Origin: a virus
DNA length: 64,000 bases
IMG/VR virus record: IMGVR_UViG_3300025314_000001
Coordinates: 32,001-96,000 of that record
Direction: 5' to 3' (one strand)
The notes beneath the pieces are model-generated. The model saw nothing but the letters and a program-made list of their open reading frames with translations, was not told the DNA's origin and did not search any database. Shown here in pieces: positions 59,230-64,000 of this stretch (its first letter is position 1; every line of letters begins with the position of its first letter). The position numbers were made by a program, and so were the translations under genes.

Positions 59230-60339
59230 TCAGGCACTTTTCTTCGAGTTTTTGGACCGACCCGTTTTCTCCGACCCAGAATGCGACCCAATAACCGCCA
59301 GAGCCGCGTTGAAAGACGGGCGGAAATACTTCGAGGTAGTGTGCGGGTCCCGATGCCCGGCCATGTACTGGATCCCCGCCAGCGACGCTTGTGGCCGCTC
59401 CCCCATGTGTGTCAGAGCCGCGCTCCGAAAGTGCTGGCAGCACAGGCGTCGTTTCATCGGCGGCAGTTCCGCCGCTATGGCGGCCTGACGGACGTAGGGG
59501 TCGAGTCGGTGCGCTCCGAAGATCGGTCCCTGTTTGGGACACACCGAATCGAGTGCCTTGCGGGCGGTATCGCTCAGTGGAATGTCCCGAGCGAATCCCT
59601 CCTTGTCGATCTCCAGTGTGATCCTCAGGACGCTCTGTCCCTTGGAGTAGTGCTCGGGCACGGACAGTTGCTTGATCGTCGCAGGCCTGAGGGACGTCTC
59701 GTGCGCCACGATGGCCCACGATCGAATGGGCCACCCGTCTCGGGTTGAGCGCTCCGGCAGCCTGGCGATCACACGATCCACTTCGTCCCGTGACAGCTCT
59801 GGAGCTCGGACGCGGCGTGGCAACTTGGATTTGTTCCCAAGTAGACTTGACGGTAGCTCGGGGACCTCCGGCATTTCCGGAAGCTCTCCCTCGGCCACGA
59901 GCCAGCGCAGGAACTTGCGTAGCGCCGACCCTTCGTTTCGAACCGCCTTCCCGGTCACCACCTGCAGACGTTCCGTGAGGAGATACTTCGCGATCGATGC
60001 GTCTGTCAGCTCGGAAACGCGAGCCCATCGTCGGCACCAGCCGAGACCATAGTCCTCGTATCGAACACGAGTAACCTCGCGCCCCGCGAGCGAACGCACC
60101 CATGAGGCTACGCACCCGAGCACCTCCGACTGGGAAACGGCACGACGTTGTTTGCCGTCGGCGCCTTTGCGGACGTGGAGCGCGTAGATCTCTCGAGCCC
60201 TAGTCTCAGCCGCTGCTCTATCTCTGCGGTCTCGGCATCCGGTGGACTCTTGCGTGCGGTGCCCTTCCGTGGTCCACCGGACCTCCCAGTATCCTTCTTT
60301 GCGCCACCTAAGCCGCCAACCCTGTGCTCGTCTACCCAT
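59230..60339 (-). CDS. int: Tyrosine integrase
   Basis: TSLRP, DK, HFRS, AGH, TTSKY catalytic motifs. Confidence 0.9.
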   Translation of the reverse strand: MGRRAQGWRLRWRKEGYWEVRWTTEGHRTQESTGCRDRRDRAAAETRAREIYALHVRKGADGKQRRAVSQSEVLGCVASWVRSLAGREVTRVRYEDYGLGWCRRWARVSELTDASIAKYLLTERLQVVTGKAVRNEGSALRKFLRWLVAEGELPEMPEVPELPSSLLGNKSKLPRRVRAPELSRDEVDRVIARLPERSTRDGWPIRSWAIVAHETSLRPATIKQLSVPEHYSKGQSVLRITLEIDKEGFARDIPLSDTARKALDSVCPKQGPIFGAHRLDPYVRQAAIAAELPPMKRRLCCQHFRSAALTHMGERPQASLAGIQYMAGHRDPHTTSKYFRPSFNAALAVIGSHSGSEKTGRSKNSKKSA

Positions 60340-60479
60340 CTGTCCAGTACCTCGCGCTCGTACCGGACAATGCCCTCGGCCTCGACCCTAGCCAATACTG
60401 GACGGATGTTCGCCTGAAAGAACCGAAGGGAAACGTGTAGATATGCCGAAGCCTCTTGCCTGGTGAACAGCTCAGCCAT
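60108..60479 (-). CDS. Excisionase-like HTH protein
   Basis: LFTRQEASAYLHVS...VRYEREVLDRWV; overlaps the integrase start. Confidence 0.75.
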   Translation of the reverse strand: MAELFTRQEASAYLHVSLRFFQANIRPVLARVEAEGIVRYEREVLDRWVDEHRVGGLGGAKKDTGRSGGPRKGTARKSPPDAETAEIEQRLRLGLERSTRSTSAKAPTANNVVPFPSRRCSGA

Positions 60480-60539
60480 GTCCAAGCCTCCGGTATTCAG
60501 TTACGCGAGCTGTGCAGGTGAGTACCAACCGCGCTTCAG

Positions 60540-63128
60540 TCATGGCCCGCGATCCGTCAGGTTATCTCGGTGGCACCATCCGCATCGATCGGTCTGTCGC
60601 GCGTCGACCAGACCACGAATAACGACGCGCGCAGCTGCGGCGTTGCAGCGTAGGTCACCGTCATGCGCGTCAAGCCAGTCTTCCCCGAGTTTTACCGCTT
60701 GCTGCACCTCTAGGTCTGGGGTGAGCACACTCATCGGTGCTAGCTCCGCCAGAGCTGCCTTCAGCTCGGTCTTTGCATCATCGACTCGCTTCTGCGCCAT
60801 CGGTAGACGAAAATCGAAGCAGGACTGGCAGTAGCCGGCGCGCACGGTGGCGCAGCCACAATCCTCGTAGTCGTTGCCGTCCATGACTCGACCTTTGCAG
60901 CGGTCAGACATCTCAACCATCTCGCACCACCCTGTACGCGACGACGCGGCTGCGTTGTCCTGCGCGATCGACGAGACCTGCCCACCGGCGTAGCTTCGTT
61001 CCCTCTACCAGCAGGGGGCGCTCCGACTCCGCGAAGTCGTCGTCGCACAATCCCTCCCAGGACCTAGTAGTGATCCACCAGACGGTGTGCCCGCTGCCGC
61101 GGGCAATCTCAATGACACCGTCGCGTACCTCTGGCGGATTGACCCAGTTCGCGTCTGGTAGTCCGAGAATGTCGGCGGCTGATTCGTTCAAGAGATCAGC
61201 CACGCACCACCCCTTCCTCCGGCCTGCACTGGACCGACGCCGGGAGCGTCCAGCATTGGTTGGTCAGCGGTTCGAACGCCACGAACACCAACTGCGCCAC
61301 GAATTCTTCGAGCCAGTTCACGGGGTCAACCCCAGTCGCTTGCTCGCCCATCCCAATGCCTCGGGCTCTGAATCGAATCCACGCGACTCGGAGTACATGG
61401 CGTCTGGCCTGTAGATATCGACGAACCATGCTTCGATGTGCCAATACACCTTGGCGCACCAACGCTCTTGGTTGATGACCTGCCACGAAGTAACCGTCTT
61501 CTCGGTCCAGCCGAGCTTCTGTGCCTCTTCACGGGTCACTTGGCGACCTCTGGATTCTGGATCTTGGCGCACCGAATCGGTGGCCTCGTTCGCCTAGCGT
61601 CTACCCACTTTCCTCCCAGCCAGGTGTCGGTGAGCATCCGACCGTCGACTAGTTCGGTCAGATACTCACCGTCTCCTTCCGGTGCATCCCGCCACGGACC
61701 CGCCGCCGCGCAAGTCGCGAGGTCTCGCTTGGCCTGGTCGCGTTCCGCCCAAGCCTTCCGGAGCGACGCTTGCAAGTGGAACAGCTCTTTGCGGTAGCTC
61801 TGCCCGATGTCCGAGATGACCTCGCGAGCGTGCTCAAGATCACGTCGAAGCCTATCCTTCTCGTCGCAGAGCTCCTTATTCACGGCTGTCACCGATTCAT
61901 CCTTGGGCACCCCGGCATGTGCCACGTTTTCTACCGGGCCAAGGCCGAGCAACAACCAGTCGATCTCTGGCGCCTGGTTGTTCCTGCGCAGTTGTTGGAG
62001 TTCTCTGTTTTGCGCGGTCAACCGTTGAATCTCGGCTCGCTGGGTCTGCAGTTTTCGACTGGCCTGGTCAATATCACCCTGCGCCTGCGCGAGATCTATG
62101 CGGAGATGGTCGCGTTCGGATGTGAGGACCGAGAACGTTGTTCTAATCTCCTCGAGCCGAGCTTGGATCGCTTTGCGTTCATCCCGCAGGCGCATCATCT
62201 CGGATGTGATGTCCCGCAATACCCTTCCCAGATTTTCGGCGAACACCTCCTCCTTCTGAGCTGCGTTCACGGCCTGTGCTCCCCCCCGCAGTGCGGGCAA
62301 TTGGACACGTCTGACTCGGGTTCGTTGGGACAGTAGAACGGAGCACGTAGGGCGCGGACCGTGTCCGGAGCCGGCGTGAAGCTCCTGTCCGGAGGGGGCG
62401 CAGGAATCGTGTCTGCCGTCTCACGCGGCGGGGGAGGGTAGGAGTGTCCAGCGTTGGGACCCGGCATGGCTTACCCCGCCCTCCTCGCCCGCCTCTCGCG
62501 CTTCGCGGCGTTCTTCTCGGCCTTGGGTAGGCCGGCGGCAGGGTGATGCGGGAAGAGTTTTTGGGTAGCGGTGATGGGCTTCTCCTCTCGGCCATGACCG
62601 GGGCGCGCTCGGCTCTTACGCGGCGGGTAGTAACGGTGCCCATCCTCGTCCGAGCCGCGAGGCCTCGCGGGCTCTGGCCCCTCCTCGGCGTTCTGGCCAG
62701 GCCCAACCATTCCGCACAACAACAACGCTGGAAGCAACTTCAGAATATTCACGCCTTCCTGCCTTTCCCGTTCCCGTTCGCTAGAACTGCTTCGACCGCC
62801 CCGCGGGGCAGGCCGAGAATCCGTTCCCCCTTCTCGCGCGCGTCAAACCACAAGCGCGCCTCGACCTCGCAGGCACTGTTCGCGTTCATGCGCCCGTCGG
62901 GCGTCAACACGATGCCCGTGCATCGCCACTTGACCGGGCTATGAGGCGGAGGTGTCAAGTTGCTCACGGAGCTACTAGTCACTTCCTACTTCCGATTCGA
63001 TCGATCAGCTTTTCGCCCAAAGCGATGAACAGGACCGGCAGGGCAAATGCTAAACCGAGGCACACCACGAAACCTAACGCAATGCAAACTTCAGCCACTT
63101 CGTTATCTTTCTTGAGCTGGCTACTCAT
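60540..63128 (-). other. Run of small early hypothetical CDSs, including a coiled-coil protein at 61536-62270
   Basis: Co-oriented, overlapping starts and stops. Confidence 0.5.
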
Positions 63129-63157
63129 GGATGGGTGAAGTGATGTTCATGGTCCGT

Positions 63158-63427
63158 TTAGTCTTCGACTTTCGTCCACCCATCTGGGGTGTACTGTCTC
63201 TTGTGCGACACGATGGGTTCTCCGATTGGTAGCTTGATGTCCCTGTGCTCCGCCGGAACGTCGTTTCGCTCGTGACGCAGCACCGATGATCGCGGTAGCT
63301 TAAGAAGCATCAGCTCTCTCTCGAGCTGATACATGGACGCTTGTCGATCTCGTACCGTGTGCTGGTGGCCCGTTACTTCTCCATCACCCAGTACAAGTTT
63401 CCCGTTTTGTCGCTTGATCTTGTCCAC
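63158..63427 (-). CDS. Conserved GEVTGHxH protein (DUF6745 partner)
   Basis: LVLGDGEVTGHQH...LRH...EH..IKLP.G...RQY. Confidence 0.75.
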   Translation of the reverse strand: MDKIKRQNGKLVLGDGEVTGHQHTVRDRQASMYQLERELMLLKLPRSSVLRHERNDVPAEHRDIKLPIGEPIVSHKRQYTPDGWTKVED

Positions 63428-63428
63428 T

Positions 63429-64000
63429 CTATGCCTCCTGAACGAATTCCAGTTGTGGGTTTGTGTTGCACTCGTCGACCGACGGCCAATACAGAGACTC
63501 TCTCGGGGCGTAAACCACCACGACGTCACCATGCCGGTAGTACCGAGCCCCAGGATCCCGACTAATCCGGATCTGCCATTTGCGTGCTGCTTGGGCGCTA
63601 TTCAGTCCAGGGTCTACTGGTTCGATGAAATCTGGCTGTGATCCGTCGTGAAGTGGAGGACTCTGCATCTTCAAGTATCGCGGTTCCAATTCTCCACTTC
63701 TATGGACCGATTCTAGCAGTTGGTATTGCAGGCCTGTGCTCGGGCAGGTCCAGGCGTCAATCTTCGTGACACCACGAAGGTATAGGTAGCGTTCCCATCC
63801 GAGCCGCTCAGCGATACATCGGTGAATCTCTGAATTGCGCTCTTCCGCAAGCTCTTCGTGGGTAAACGACTCTGGAGAGTTGATCGCTCGCTCCGGAACA
63901 AGGACTCCGTGCCAACAATAGACCTCGTACCCGTCGCGGTAGCGTAATGCTGGACCTTTATCATTGTGGAGCCGCGGAGGCTCGCGGTTGGTTTCCCAGG
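63429..64000 (-). CDS. DUF6745-like protein (5' end outside window)
   Basis: Hand-translated RLHNDKGPALRYRDGYEVYCWHGVLVP...ERNSEIHRCIAERLGWERY. Confidence 0.75.
   Translation of the reverse strand, partial: WETNREPPRLHNDKGPALRYRDGYEVYCWHGVLVPERAINSPESFTHEELAEERNSEIHRCIAERLGWERYLYLRGVTKIDAWTCPSTGLQYQLLESVHRSGELEPRYLKMQSPPLHDGSQPDFIEPVDPGLNSAQAARKWQIRISRDPGARYYRHGDVVVVYAPRESLYWPSVDECNTNPQLEFVQEA

Overview
This window is part of a GC-rich temperate myovirus genome. A myxobacterial (Polyangiaceae-like) host is inferred from Gly/Cys-rich lipoprotein morons and sigma54-like promoters. An intact attP-like tRNA-Asn 3' end next to the integrase, with phage genes on both sides, suggests the excised or virion form. 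From ~29.3 kb down to 1 (minus strand) is the late operon: TerS, TerL, portal, head, neck, sheath, tube, a -1 frameshifted chaperone, baseplate J, tape measure, hub and spike. Inserted in it are a glycosyltransferase/methyltransferase/bacterioferritin cassette, an ATPase-only TerL paralog and a TerL Walker-B mini-peptide. At ~30.1-36.9 kb (plus strand) is an island of small genes with its own promoters, structured leaders, two Fis-type HTH paralogs, ASCH and a 5'-truncated TnpB. At ~36.9-64 kb (minus strand) are early and replication genes, nucleotide metabolism, two DNA methyltransferases, integrase and excisionase. The strongest candidate for an undescribed system heads the packaging operon. 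Three peptide genes absent from the ORF track (a Gly/Lys-rich 30-mer and two basic paralogs ending in RFSKAxGGGAIRFTPGxGSSAG) sit directly upstream of a PAPS-reductase-like PP-loop ATPase, a ParB-like protein and TerS. This suggests a packaging-coupled peptide activation or conjugation system. All family assignments come from motif recognition by eye; no database searches were run.
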